A DNA stretch of 51,964 nucleotides from Elusimicrobiales bacterium. GTDB taxonomy: Bacteria; Elusimicrobiota; Elusimicrobia; Elusimicrobiales; UBA9959. Both the position numbers and the translations under genes were made by a program. This document shows positions 30,057 to 38,254 of this stretch, in pieces; the stretch's first letter is position 1, and each line of letters opens with the position of its first letter. The DNA is taken from positions 1 through 51,964 of the forward strand of contig JBMFKQ010000007.1 in NCBI GenBank assembly GCA_049972095.1. The letters run 5' to 3'. The notes beneath the pieces are model-generated. The model saw nothing but the letters and a program-made list of their open reading frames with translations, was not told where the DNA came from and did no database searches.

Positions 30057-31046
30057 CTATTTAAAATTTAGATTTTCGATAGATGAAAGTTTTTTCATCT
30101 TATCTTCTCCACCAATAAGCTTAATATATTCACTAAACTCCTTAACACCATAGATATACTTATCAAGATATTCTCCTACACCCTCATCAGTTTTTGACAT
30201 CTCAAGCCAAAGCTTTATATGTTCCTCATCAAAGTAATATCTATATGGCATGTTACCTGGATGTGATCCATACCTTACCTCAACAACAGCATCCACAAGA
30301 TAAAAAGGGATGGTTGTAAGATAGGGTTTTTCCCTTATTATCCCCTCATCCACAACCTCTTCTGTTGTTATTATAAGCCTTTTGGCAGATCTTGCAAGTT
30401 CAAAATCCTCAACCATAATACCCTCTATCTGAGCATTACCATATTTATCAGCCCTGTGAACATGTATAAAAACCACATCCGGATTGGCAGACGGTATAAG
30501 CACTATATTTTTACCTGAGAATGGACATTTAACAATCTTGCAGGATGATTTTTTAAAGGTATCCGTTCCCATCATATTTCTTGCAGGAATAAATGGGATA
30601 CCCATCATACCTGCCAAAAATCTCCACTGATATCCAGCGTTTGTAATCTCAGCTACAACCTTACACTCTCCATTTTGCACCTTTCTTCTTGAAGCAGGAG
30701 AAAGCCCTCTAAGCTCATGCCCAAATGAGTAAGCAACTTCAACCTCGCTCACACATCCACTTGCAACCAAAAGATCAATATCATGAACAGCAGTTTTTCC
30801 AGCCATAATTAAATTTTTCTTTCTTTGTCTAATAATCTCATAGACAATAGCCATCGAAATCCTTACATGACCAAAACCACCAGAGGCTATAAAATCACCA
30901 TCCTTAATATATCTTTCAACTGCCTCCCTCACACTCATCCTTTTGTCAATAAGCTTTCTTGATTTGTTCTCCCTTATAAATCTCCTATGCTCATCAGGAT
31001 CAACCCATCCTACAAGCTTTCCTTCCCCACTTGCAATAACATCCAT
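30057..31046 (-). CDS. Family I CoA-transferase alpha subunit (GctA-like)
   Basis: GGFGHVR, MGIPFIP, PDVVFIHVHRADKYGN; ATG at 31046 after GGAGG. Confidence 0.9.
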   Translation of the reverse strand: MDVIASGEGKLVGWVDPDEHRRFIRENKSRKLIDKRMSVREAVERYIKDGDFIASGGFGHVRISMAIVYEIIRQRKKNLIMAGKTAVHDIDLLVASGCVSEVEVAYSFGHELRGLSPASRRKVQNGECKVVAEITNAGYQWRFLAGMMGIPFIPARNMMGTDTFKKSSCKIVKCPFSGKNIVLIPSANPDVVFIHVHRADKYGNAQIEGIMVEDFELARSAKRLIITTEEVVDEGIIREKPYLTTIPFYLVDAVVEVRYGSHPGNMPYRYYFDEEHIKLWLEMSKTDEGVGEYLDKYIYGVKEFSEYIKLIGGEDKMKKLSSIENLNFK

Positions 31047-31081
31047 AAAACCTCCAAAAAACAAATATATAAAAATTTTAC

Positions 31082-31117
31082 AAAAACAAAAAAGAGTACA
31101 AACACACTTTCTCTTTT
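31082..31117 (-). terminator. Weak intrinsic terminator downstream of the pilin gene
   Basis: AAAAGAG...CTCTTTT stem followed by a T-rich tract on the minus strand. Confidence 0.3.
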
Positions 31118-31178
31118 CTGCTTACAATTATCGCCCCGTCAATATGTGAAGTAATAAGAATAATATTTGCAAAAACTA

Positions 31179-31625
31179 TCAGTCCAAAAGTTCATTTTTA
31201 CATTTTGTGTCACTACAATCTACTCTTCCCTGAGGCCCGGTAAAGGTTATAGTATAATTACCATAGCGGGTTACGTTAGCAAGCCTCGTAGCATTTATCT
31301 GATACGCAGTATTATTAGCTACTACAATCTGAACATTATAATACTTAAGCGCACACGCATTTGTGCCTGTGCAGACGGCATTCGAGGCATCTTTCATCTC
31401 TATATCAAGATCATCCCAGTTATTAGTATATTGAGCTTTCCTTGCAAAATATCTCTCCTGTGAGTTTTTTATGTTAGAAAATACATTCATAGCCTCAGAA
31501 ACCCTTGATCTCTCAACAGCTCTGAAATACTGCGGAATACCTATAGCCGCAAGTATTCCTATTATCAGCACCACAATAAGAAGCTCTATAAGGGTAAACC
31601 CCTTTCTCTGCTTTATACCTTGCAT
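31179..31625 (-). CDS. Type IV pilin (PilE-like)
   Basis: Class III signal KG|FTLIELLIVVLIIGILAAIGIPQY; two Cys pairs; SD AAGGAGGT. Confidence 0.93.
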   Translation of the reverse strand: MQGIKQRKGFTLIELLIVVLIIGILAAIGIPQYFRAVERSRVSEAMNVFSNIKNSQERYFARKAQYTNNWDDLDIEMKDASNAVCTGTNACALKYYNVQIVVANNTAYQINATRLANVTRYGNYTITFTGPQGRVDCSDTKCKNELLD

Positions 31626-31643
31626 ATTCTACACCTCCTTTTA

Positions 31644-31718
31644 TCGGGGCACCCAGGCTTGAACTGGGAACCTCTCGCCCCCAAAGCGAGCGCTCTTAGC
31701 CATTTGAGCTATGCCCCG
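31644..31718 (-). tRNA. tRNA-Pro(TGG)
   Basis: CGGGGCA acceptor stem pairs with TGCCCCG-A; anticodon arm CTCGC-TTTGGGG-GCGAG; T-arm CCCAG-TTCAAGC-CTGGG; CCA not encoded. Confidence 0.96.
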
Positions 31719-31731
31719 TTCTTTGTTTAAT

Positions 31732-31760
31732 AGTATAGCATTTTTGTCTCAATTCTTCAA
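31732..31760 (-). promoter_or_regulatory. Sigma70 promoter for tRNA-Pro/pilin
   Basis: TTGAAG-N17-TATACT with TGn extension. Confidence 0.65.
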
Positions 31761-31772
31761 GTATTGTATAAT
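31744..31772 (+). promoter_or_regulatory. Sigma70 promoter for the pan/coa operon
   Basis: TTGTCT-N17-TATAAT. Confidence 0.65.
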
Positions 31773-31779
31773 TAGATGT

Positions 31780-31807
31780 GGGGCAGATCACTAAAAAGAC
31801 TGCCACC
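31780..31807 (+). ncRNA. Candidate pan-motif-like cis-regulatory hairpin with two bulged A residues
   Basis: GGGGCAG[A]TC-actaaaaa-GACTGCC[A]CC; 9 bp, with A31787 and A31805 unpaired; located in the leader of the pantothenate operon. Confidence 0.55.
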
Positions 31808-31810
31808 TAT

Positions 31811-32503
31811 ATGAAAATACTTATCATAGGAAAATCAAAGGTAGCAAAATCATTCTCAGCATATCTGAGATATAGGAGAATAAATCATAAAGTAATAGCA
31901 TATAGAAAGATAAATAGTTATGCTGAAAAGATAAAAGACTATAAAACCATCTTTTTCATTTCAAAAGACTCTGAAATAGATAAATTTTATAGAAGATTTA
32001 AAAAAAGGATTTATCCTAATGCAAAGCTCTTTCATTTTTCAGGCTCTATACTTCATCATAAAATTGTAGGCATGCATCCAATCTTTTCTTTTAAAGAAAA
32101 ACCAATCGCCCCATTTGATTTTGAAAAGATAATATTCACATCCGAAGATCCATCTTATATAAGAAAGAATCTGAAATGGTTTAAAAACAGGATTATAAAA
32201 ATCAAACCAGAGCAGAGGGTGATGTATCATGCCCTTCTTTCAATATATCTTAACTTTCCTCTTATAATAAAGGAGATAACTCATAGATTACTCATAAAAT
32301 ATGGCATACCATCTAAATACTTAAATTATGTCTTTGAAAGAAATATAAAAGATGCATTAAACTCAAAGAAAGGTATAACAGGACCTATAGCAAGAGATGA
32401 TTTGAAAACCATCAAAAAACACCTTTCAGCACTTAAAAAAACAGAATTCTTACAACTCTACAAAGCAATATTAAACCTTTGGAGGGGATATGAAAATAGA
32501 TGA
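31811..32503 (+). CDS. Rossmann-like/DUF2520 protein, probable PanG-type ketopantoate reductase
   Basis: FHFSGS, GMHPIFSF, YHA and ITGPIARDD..TIKKHL motifs; directly upstream of panB. Confidence 0.8.
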   Translation: MKILIIGKSKVAKSFSAYLRYRRINHKVIAYRKINSYAEKIKDYKTIFFISKDSEIDKFYRRFKKRIYPNAKLFHFSGSILHHKIVGMHPIFSFKEKPIAPFDFEKIIFTSEDPSYIRKNLKWFKNRIIKIKPEQRVMYHALLSIYLNFPLIIKEITHRLLIKYGIPSKYLNYVFERNIKDALNSKKGITGPIARDDLKTIKKHLSALKKTEFLQLYKAILNLWRGYENR

Positions 32504-33245
32504 TTTTTATAGTTTTAAAAAAGGAAATGGAAAAATATCAATGATAACATGCTATGACTGGACTTCTGCTATTATCTTATCAAAAACACCAATTGATGCT
32601 GTGCTTGTAGGTGATAGTATCGCAATGACTATTTATGGCTATAACTCTACAATATATGCAACAGCGCAGATGATGCAGGCTCACACATACGCAGTGAAAA
32701 AAGCTCTATCCGATAAGCTTGTTATAACAGATATGCCTTTTATGACATTTAGAAAAGGGAAATACTATGCTGTTGATGTTGCTGGTGAGTTTGTGAAAGC
32801 GGGAGCAGATGCAGTTAAGATTGAAGGATTAGATGGACATGAGGATGTAATAGAACACCTTGTAAAATCAGGAATAGCTGTTATGGGGCATCTCGGCATA
32901 ACCCCCCAATATGAAAAAACAATTGGAAGGTTTAGAAAGATAGGAAAGAAATCAGATGAGGCAAAAAAGATAGAAGAGGATGCAAAAAGGTTAGAGGAGT
33001 TAGGATGTTTTTCGTTGGTGCTTGAATGTGTTGATGAAGAGGTTGCTGGAAGAATAACATCAATGCTAAAAATACCTGTCATAGGAATAGGAAGTGGAAG
33101 TAAAACAGATGGTCAAATAATAGTCTTCCATGATATTCTTGGACTTTACCCAAATCCACCATCTTTTGTAAAGATATATGATAACATCTCAGAAAGGATA
33201 GCAAAGGCTATAACGGAGTATGTAGCTGATGTAAAAAGGGAGTGA
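32490..33245 (+). CDS. panB: 3-methyl-2-oxobutanoate hydroxymethyltransferase
   Basis: MITCYD, LVGDS, DMPF, AVKIEG, MGHLGITPQ, IGIGSG..TDGQ. Confidence 0.96.
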   Translation: MKIDDFYSFKKGNGKISMITCYDWTSAIILSKTPIDAVLVGDSIAMTIYGYNSTIYATAQMMQAHTYAVKKALSDKLVITDMPFMTFRKGKYYAVDVAGEFVKAGADAVKIEGLDGHEDVIEHLVKSGIAVMGHLGITPQYEKTIGRFRKIGKKSDEAKKIEEDAKRLEELGCFSLVLECVDEEVAGRITSMLKIPVIGIGSGSKTDGQIIVFHDILGLYPNPPSFVKIYDNISERIAKAITEYVADVKRE

Positions 33246-33246
33246 T

Positions 33247-34032
33247 ATGAGGATTATAAAAAGCTCTTATGAGATAAAAAGGATAAGAAGAAAACTAAAA
33301 TGTAGTGTTGGCTTTGTGCCAACTATGGGAGCCCTTCATGAAGGACACATTTCTCTTATCAAAAGAGCAGCTAAAGAAAACGAATTTACCTTTGTAAGCA
33401 TATATGTAAATCCAACACAGTTTAATGATCCCAATGATCTTAAGAAATATCCTAAAACAATTGAAAATGATATAAAAATCCTTAAAGAAAATAAAGTTGA
33501 TGTGCTTTTTCTTCCTGACTGGAAAGAGATATACCCTGATAACTACACATACAAGATAACAGAAAATAAGATATCAAAGATGCTGTGTGGAAATTTTAGA
33601 CCAGGCCATTTTGACGGTGTTCTTACGGTTGTTATGAAACTGCTCAACATAGTAAAACCAACAAGGGCATATTTTGGATACAAAGATTTTCAACAGTATC
33701 TTCTTGTAAAAGGAATGGTCAAGGCATTTTTCATTGATACACAGATAATTGGATGCCCAACTATAAGAGAAAAAGATGGACTTGCAAAAAGCTCAAGAAA
33801 TATGCTTCTTGATGACGAATCAAGGAAAAAAGCATCGCTTATATATAAAACAATAAAAAATAAAGACCTTTCTGACAAAAAAGCAAAAGAAATTCTTGAG
33901 AAAAATGGTTTTGATGTTGATTATGTAGAGACACATTGGGGAAGAAGATTTGTAGCAGCAAAGATAGCAGGAGTCAGACTTATAGATAATGTAAGGATAA
34001 GAAAAACTAAGGATTGGAGGAAGGAGTTATGA
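33247..34032 (+). CDS. panC: Pantoate--beta-alanine ligase
   Basis: GFVPTMGALHEGH, VNPTQF, RPGHFDGV, KSSRN, RLIDN. Confidence 0.96.
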   Translation: MRIIKSSYEIKRIRRKLKCSVGFVPTMGALHEGHISLIKRAAKENEFTFVSIYVNPTQFNDPNDLKKYPKTIENDIKILKENKVDVLFLPDWKEIYPDNYTYKITENKISKMLCGNFRPGHFDGVLTVVMKLLNIVKPTRAYFGYKDFQQYLLVKGMVKAFFIDTQIIGCPTIREKDGLAKSSRNMLLDDESRKKASLIYKTIKNKDLSDKKAKEILEKNGFDVDYVETHWGRRFVAAKIAGVRLIDNVRIRKTKDWRKEL

Positions 34033-34565
34033 ACAAAAATATTGTATTTATTTTAAGCGGCTCGGTTGCTGTATTTAAGGCATGCTCAGTTATATCAAAA
34101 CTTGTTCAAAAGGGACATAACCTTAAGGTAATTGGAACAAAAAACTCATTGAACTTTATAGGAAAATCCACGATAGAAGCCATAACAGGAAAACCATTTC
34201 TTGTTGATATGTTTGAAAATAATCTTTCAGATCCACAACACATTGAACTTTCACAATGGGCTGATGTTGCTATCTTATGCCCTGCAACTGCGAATATAAT
34301 AAATAAGATGGCTTGTGGAATAGCTGATGATCTTCCAACAACTTTTTTTCTTTCATGGGAGATATCTAAAAAACCATTTCTTGTATTTCCTGCGATGAAT
34401 GAAAAGATGTATCTACATCCAATAACACAAAGCTCTATAAGAAAACTCTCTGAAATAGGCGTAAAGATTTATGAGGCTGAGGAAGGCTATCTTGCATGTA
34501 AAATGAAAGGAAAAGGAAGGTTAATGGAACCAGAAAAAATAATTGATATAATAGCAAGCTTATGA
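34029..34565 (+). CDS. coaC: Phosphopantothenoylcysteine decarboxylase (stand-alone CoaC)
   Basis: SGSVAVFKA, HIEL, PATAN, PAMN, GYLAC...GKGRL; ATG at 34029 overlaps the panC stop. Confidence 0.9.
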   Translation: MNKNIVFILSGSVAVFKACSVISKLVQKGHNLKVIGTKNSLNFIGKSTIEAITGKPFLVDMFENNLSDPQHIELSQWADVAILCPATANIINKMACGIADDLPTTFFLSWEISKKPFLVFPAMNEKMYLHPITQSSIRKLSEIGVKIYEAEEGYLACKMKGKGRLMEPEKIIDIIASL

Positions 34566-35212
34566 AAAAAAAGATCATCATAACAGCAGGCCCAACTCTT
34601 GAATACATTGATCGGGTAAGATATGTCAGTAATATTTCAAGTGGAAAGACAGCAACTATACTTGCTAAAATCCTATGTCGAAAATATGAAGTAACACTTG
34701 TAATATCAAAGAACTCAAAATATATACCAAAATCAAAAAAAATAAAAATCCTCTATTTTGACACATTCAAATCACTCAACAAAATCCTCAAAGACAAGCT
34801 TAGATCAAATCTTTATGATACTCTAATACATCTTGCCGCTGTATCAGATTACACTCCTTATATGCTTATAACAGAAAGTGGTAGAAAAATAAAGCTTCCA
34901 TCTAAAACAAAAATATCAACAGAGCAGGACTTCTTAATAAAATTTAAAAAAAACTTTAAACTGATAAAAAAGATAAAAGACTATTCAAAAAATAAAAAGA
35001 TAAAAATAATTGCATTCAAGCTCACATCAAATGCATCAGACAACCAGATCAGAAAATCAGTTGTTAAACTTGCCACAGAATGGGTTATACATAATGATAT
35101 CTCAGAAATATCTGAAAAGAAACACATATTTAATGTATGGAAAAATGGGCAAAAAATAAGAAGAATAAAAGGGGCACATAATCTTGCAAAGTTTTTGGAG
35201 AAAATCATTTGA
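34562..35212 (+). CDS. coaB: Phosphopantothenate--cysteine ligase (stand-alone CoaB)
   Basis: ITAGPTLEYIDRVRYVSNISSGK, HLAAVSDY, AFKL. Confidence 0.88.
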   Translation: MKKKIIITAGPTLEYIDRVRYVSNISSGKTATILAKILCRKYEVTLVISKNSKYIPKSKKIKILYFDTFKSLNKILKDKLRSNLYDTLIHLAAVSDYTPYMLITESGRKIKLPSKTKISTEQDFLIKFKKNFKLIKKIKDYSKNKKIKIIAFKLTSNASDNQIRKSVVKLATEWVIHNDISEISEKKHIFNVWKNGQKIRRIKGAHNLAKFLEKII

Positions 35213-35221
35213 GGAGGATAG

Positions 35222-36007
35222 ATGAACCTTGTTATTGATATTGGTAATACACAAATTTTTGCAGGGATATTTAGTAAAGGAAAACCACTTATTACCTTTA
35301 GAAAAAGCTCTAAAAACCCATTTTCATCAGACGAGTTTGGAATATTTTTAAGTTTAATAATGAAGGAAAAAGGAATAAATCCATCCTTAATAAAATACTC
35401 AGCTATAGCAAGCGTAGTCCCCTCACTAACATCCAGTGTTGAAGAAGGAATAAAGAGATTTATATCCCCATCACAAATATTTATACTTACTTCTGGTCTT
35501 AAGACTGGGATAAACATAAGATATAAAAATCCTCATGAGGTTGGAGCTGACAGAATAGCCAACTGTATTGGAGCAAAAAGGGTTTATGGTAATGGAAATT
35601 ACATAATAATAGATATAGGCACCGCAACAACATTTGATCTGCTAACATCAAAGAACGAATACTTAGGTGGACTCATAATACCAGGCCCTCATCTTGCTGC
35701 ATCATCACTCTTCTCATCCACAGCAAAGCTTCCTCAAATAGATATATCAAAACCCGCAAAACTATCAATTGATACAACTGTATCAGCCATACAAAACGGG
35801 ATATACTATCTAAACCTCTTTGGTATAAAAGCTATTACTGATTTTTTAAAAAAAGAGTTCTTTCCATCCCAAAATGTCAAGGTTATAGGAAGCGGGGGCG
35901 GGATAGGTATCTTTGAAGGTGAAAATCTATTTGATTTTGTCAATCAAGAACTTGTTCTCTATGGTCTTGATTCATTAATTGATATGAATAAGGAGGAGAA
36001 GTTATGA
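35222..36007 (+). CDS. coaX: Type III pantothenate kinase
   Basis: IDIGNT, SVVP, EVGADR, DIGTATT, GGLIIPG. Confidence 0.95.
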   Translation: MNLVIDIGNTQIFAGIFSKGKPLITFRKSSKNPFSSDEFGIFLSLIMKEKGINPSLIKYSAIASVVPSLTSSVEEGIKRFISPSQIFILTSGLKTGINIRYKNPHEVGADRIANCIGAKRVYGNGNYIIIDIGTATTFDLLTSKNEYLGGLIIPGPHLAASSLFSSTAKLPQIDISKPAKLSIDTTVSAIQNGIYYLNLFGIKAITDFLKKEFFPSQNVKVIGSGGGIGIFEGENLFDFVNQELVLYGLDSLIDMNKEEKL

Positions 36008-36330
36008 TGATTGAGGTTTTAAAATCAAAGATACACAGAGCAAAAGTCACATCAACAAATATAAATTATGAAGGTTCAATAACCATTGACAAAAAACTCT
36101 GTATAAAAGCAGGCTTGAAGGAGTTTGAAAAGGTAGATGTATATAACATAACAAATGGATCAAGGTTTACAACATATGTAATATATGGAAAAAACAATGA
36201 AATACAGATAAACGGTGCAGCAGCAAGGCTATGTCACAAAGGTGATATAATTATAATAGCATCATATGCTATGATTGATGAAAAAGAATATACAAATTTC
36301 AAACCCACTGTTGTTACAATGAAAAACTAA
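36004..36330 (+). CDS. panD: Aspartate 1-decarboxylase
   Basis: [16 protein letters not shown] cleavage site, [15 protein letters not shown]. Confidence 0.96.
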   Translation: MMIEVLKSKIHRAKVTSTNINYEGSITIDKKLCIKAGLKEFEKVDVYNITNGSRFTTYVIYGKNNEIQINGAAARLCHKGDIIIIASYAMIDEKEYTNFKPTVVTMKN

Positions 36331-37226
36331 TCAATCTTGTATTCTTCACTAACCTTTTTTATTTTTATCCCCTGAGGAATGAAGGTGTATATAATATGAG
36401 AGTATTCCTTAATGATCTGATGAAGCTCTTTATAGTCAGATATATTTGACTCCTCAAAGCCGGTTATATCAGCCATCTTAGAGAATATATCCTTAAATTC
36501 TTTTTCACTACAAAGCTTTACAAATTCGTTAACAACCCTACCACACAAAAGCTTATCAAGACGGCTTCTGCAAACAACAGGCTCATTAGGTATAGGACCA
36601 AACTCATAAAGTATTTTCAAATCCTTGTTTTTTTCTGTATAGCTTTTATAAACAGAGACGGCATCCACCTCCCTCTTTCTAAGCTTCTCAACAGCAAAAT
36701 CAAAACTCTCAGTAAAGATATAAACTGGTTTAATTCTCAACCTTGAAAAAACTATTGATGGAAGTATAAACCCTGAAACTGAGTAAGGGCTTCTTGTTGC
36801 TATCTTCTTTCCATCAAGTTTTTCTATATTGTTTATAATATCACTGGAAAGTGTAGCTATAACGCCATAATAAGAATTCACTCCTTTCTTTCTTAAAACC
36901 CTAAGTTTAGGCTCAACCCTATAATATTCTCTTGCAATGAGATATTCGTTTAGTGTGAGAAAGGATACATCTATTCTCCTTCCCCCTATCTTCTCAAGAA
37001 GATCAACTGAGTCTTTGTGAGTTGAAAAATCTACAAATATTCCAAGATCATCCTCTATGCGCCTTTTTAACTTAGTAAAATCCTTATCAGTTAGATTCTC
37101 ATAATAAGGATATGAAAAACCTATAACAAGTGGGTTTTCTTTTGTGCCAACTGTTTTTTCATTTCTTGAGCATGAAACTACAAAAACACACATAGCTGAA
37201 ACAAACATAATTCCTCTAAAACTCAT
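36327..37226 (-). CDS. PhnD/SsuA-type substrate-binding lipoprotein (orphan)
   Basis: Lipobox [15 protein letters not shown] and PIPNEPVV motifs of phosphonate-binding-like proteins. Confidence 0.75.
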   Translation of the reverse strand: MSFRGIMFVSAMCVFVVSCSRNEKTVGTKENPLVIGFSYPYYENLTDKDFTKLKRRIEDDLGIFVDFSTHKDSVDLLEKIGGRRIDVSFLTLNEYLIAREYYRVEPKLRVLRKKGVNSYYGVIATLSSDIINNIEKLDGKKIATRSPYSVSGFILPSIVFSRLRIKPVYIFTESFDFAVEKLRKREVDAVSVYKSYTEKNKDLKILYEFGPIPNEPVVCRSRLDKLLCGRVVNEFVKLCSEKEFKDIFSKMADITGFEESNISDYKELHQIIKEYSHIIYTFIPQGIKIKKVSEEYKID

Positions 37227-37296
37227 AAAATCCCTCCTCTCTCTAATGATAACAATTTAGATAAAATACTTTCAAGACAAAAAAGTATAACAGATA

Positions 37297-38220
37297 TTAA
37301 AATTTAAGGCTTATATCAAATTTGTTTATATCTCCTAATTCTCCAAAAGGGCTATATGAATAATTAAATGATACATCATTAGCTACTACACCAATCCCCA
37401 GAGAAAAACCAACAAAATTCCCAAGATTTTCCCTATCATAACCAAATCTATAACCTGTTCTAATAGCAAGGCTTTTCTTCACATTCCATTCAAATCCAAT
37501 TGAAGGATAAAACCTCTCATCATAGATATACTCCTCAATCTCACCAACTATCCCAATACTATCATTGTGTCTGTAATACCCACCAGCCTTTATGCTCAAA
37601 GGAAGTTTATCACCAAACTCATGATATTTGATTTTGCTGCCAAGGTTCATAAGAACAAAAGAAAAGATGATATTCTGTTGATATGGGTATAAAATCCCTG
37701 CATCAATGGCAAAAGCATAAGCAGAATCAGAATCTATCTTTGAGTTTATGATCTTGAGATTAACACCACCAGAAAGATTATCCATAAGTGAAGGTAAAAA
37801 ATCATATTTTGAAAATGTAAACAAAACTATACTATCCCTCGCATTAAAAAAACCCTGAGAAGGAACTATCCCTTTGGAGTCTTGAGTTCTTCTTTCTATT
37901 GAATCTATAACAAAGTTGCCCACCCCTAAACCTAATGATAGATTGTCCTTTTTTTTGAGATAAGAAAGAAGGACAAGCTTTGAATTACTTATATAATTTG
38001 AAAAAGCAAAATAAACCTCACTGTTTTGAAGATTCACACCTCCTGCCGGATTTGAGAAAATCATATCAGCTCCACCCGGATATGCACTATAAGCTCCACC
38101 AAGCGATGATGATTTTGCTGAATTTGAAAACTTCAAAAAACCACATGCAGTCTCACCACTGCCTGACCATAAAATACTAACCCAACCTAACAAACTAAAC
38201 ACTGTTAAAAGATATCTCAT
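37297..38220 (-). CDS. PorV/PorQ-like outer-membrane beta-barrel
   Basis: Signal peptide; FLK...AKSSSLGGAY.A....D.IFSNPAG N-terminal motif; AFAIDAGILY; ends YSYSPFGELG...DISLKF. Confidence 0.75.
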   Translation of the reverse strand: MRYLLTVFSLLGWVSILWSGSGETACGFLKFSNSAKSSSLGGAYSAYPGGADMIFSNPAGGVNLQNSEVYFAFSNYISNSKLVLLSYLKKKDNLSLGLGVGNFVIDSIERRTQDSKGIVPSQGFFNARDSIVLFTFSKYDFLPSLMDNLSGGVNLKIINSKIDSDSAYAFAIDAGILYPYQQNIIFSFVLMNLGSKIKYHEFGDKLPLSIKAGGYYRHNDSIGIVGEIEEYIYDERFYPSIGFEWNVKKSLAIRTGYRFGYDRENLGNFVGFSLGIGVVANDVSFNYSYSPFGELGDINKFDISLKF

Positions 38221-38254
38221 ACCCCCTCCTCAATTACCCAAAGACATCCATCTG

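Noticed and set aside
31047..31178. Lysine or cobalamin riboswitch upstream of the lysine operon
   Set aside because: Only about 130 AT-rich nt, with no recognisable aptamer core
31644..31718. tRNA as the integration site of an island
   Set aside because: No integrase and no duplicated tRNA 3' end seen in the window
34981..35517. 178-aa antisense ORF and the other short opposite-strand or alternative-frame ORFs in the track
   Set aside because: They are shadows of well-supported genes and carry no motifs or SD sequences
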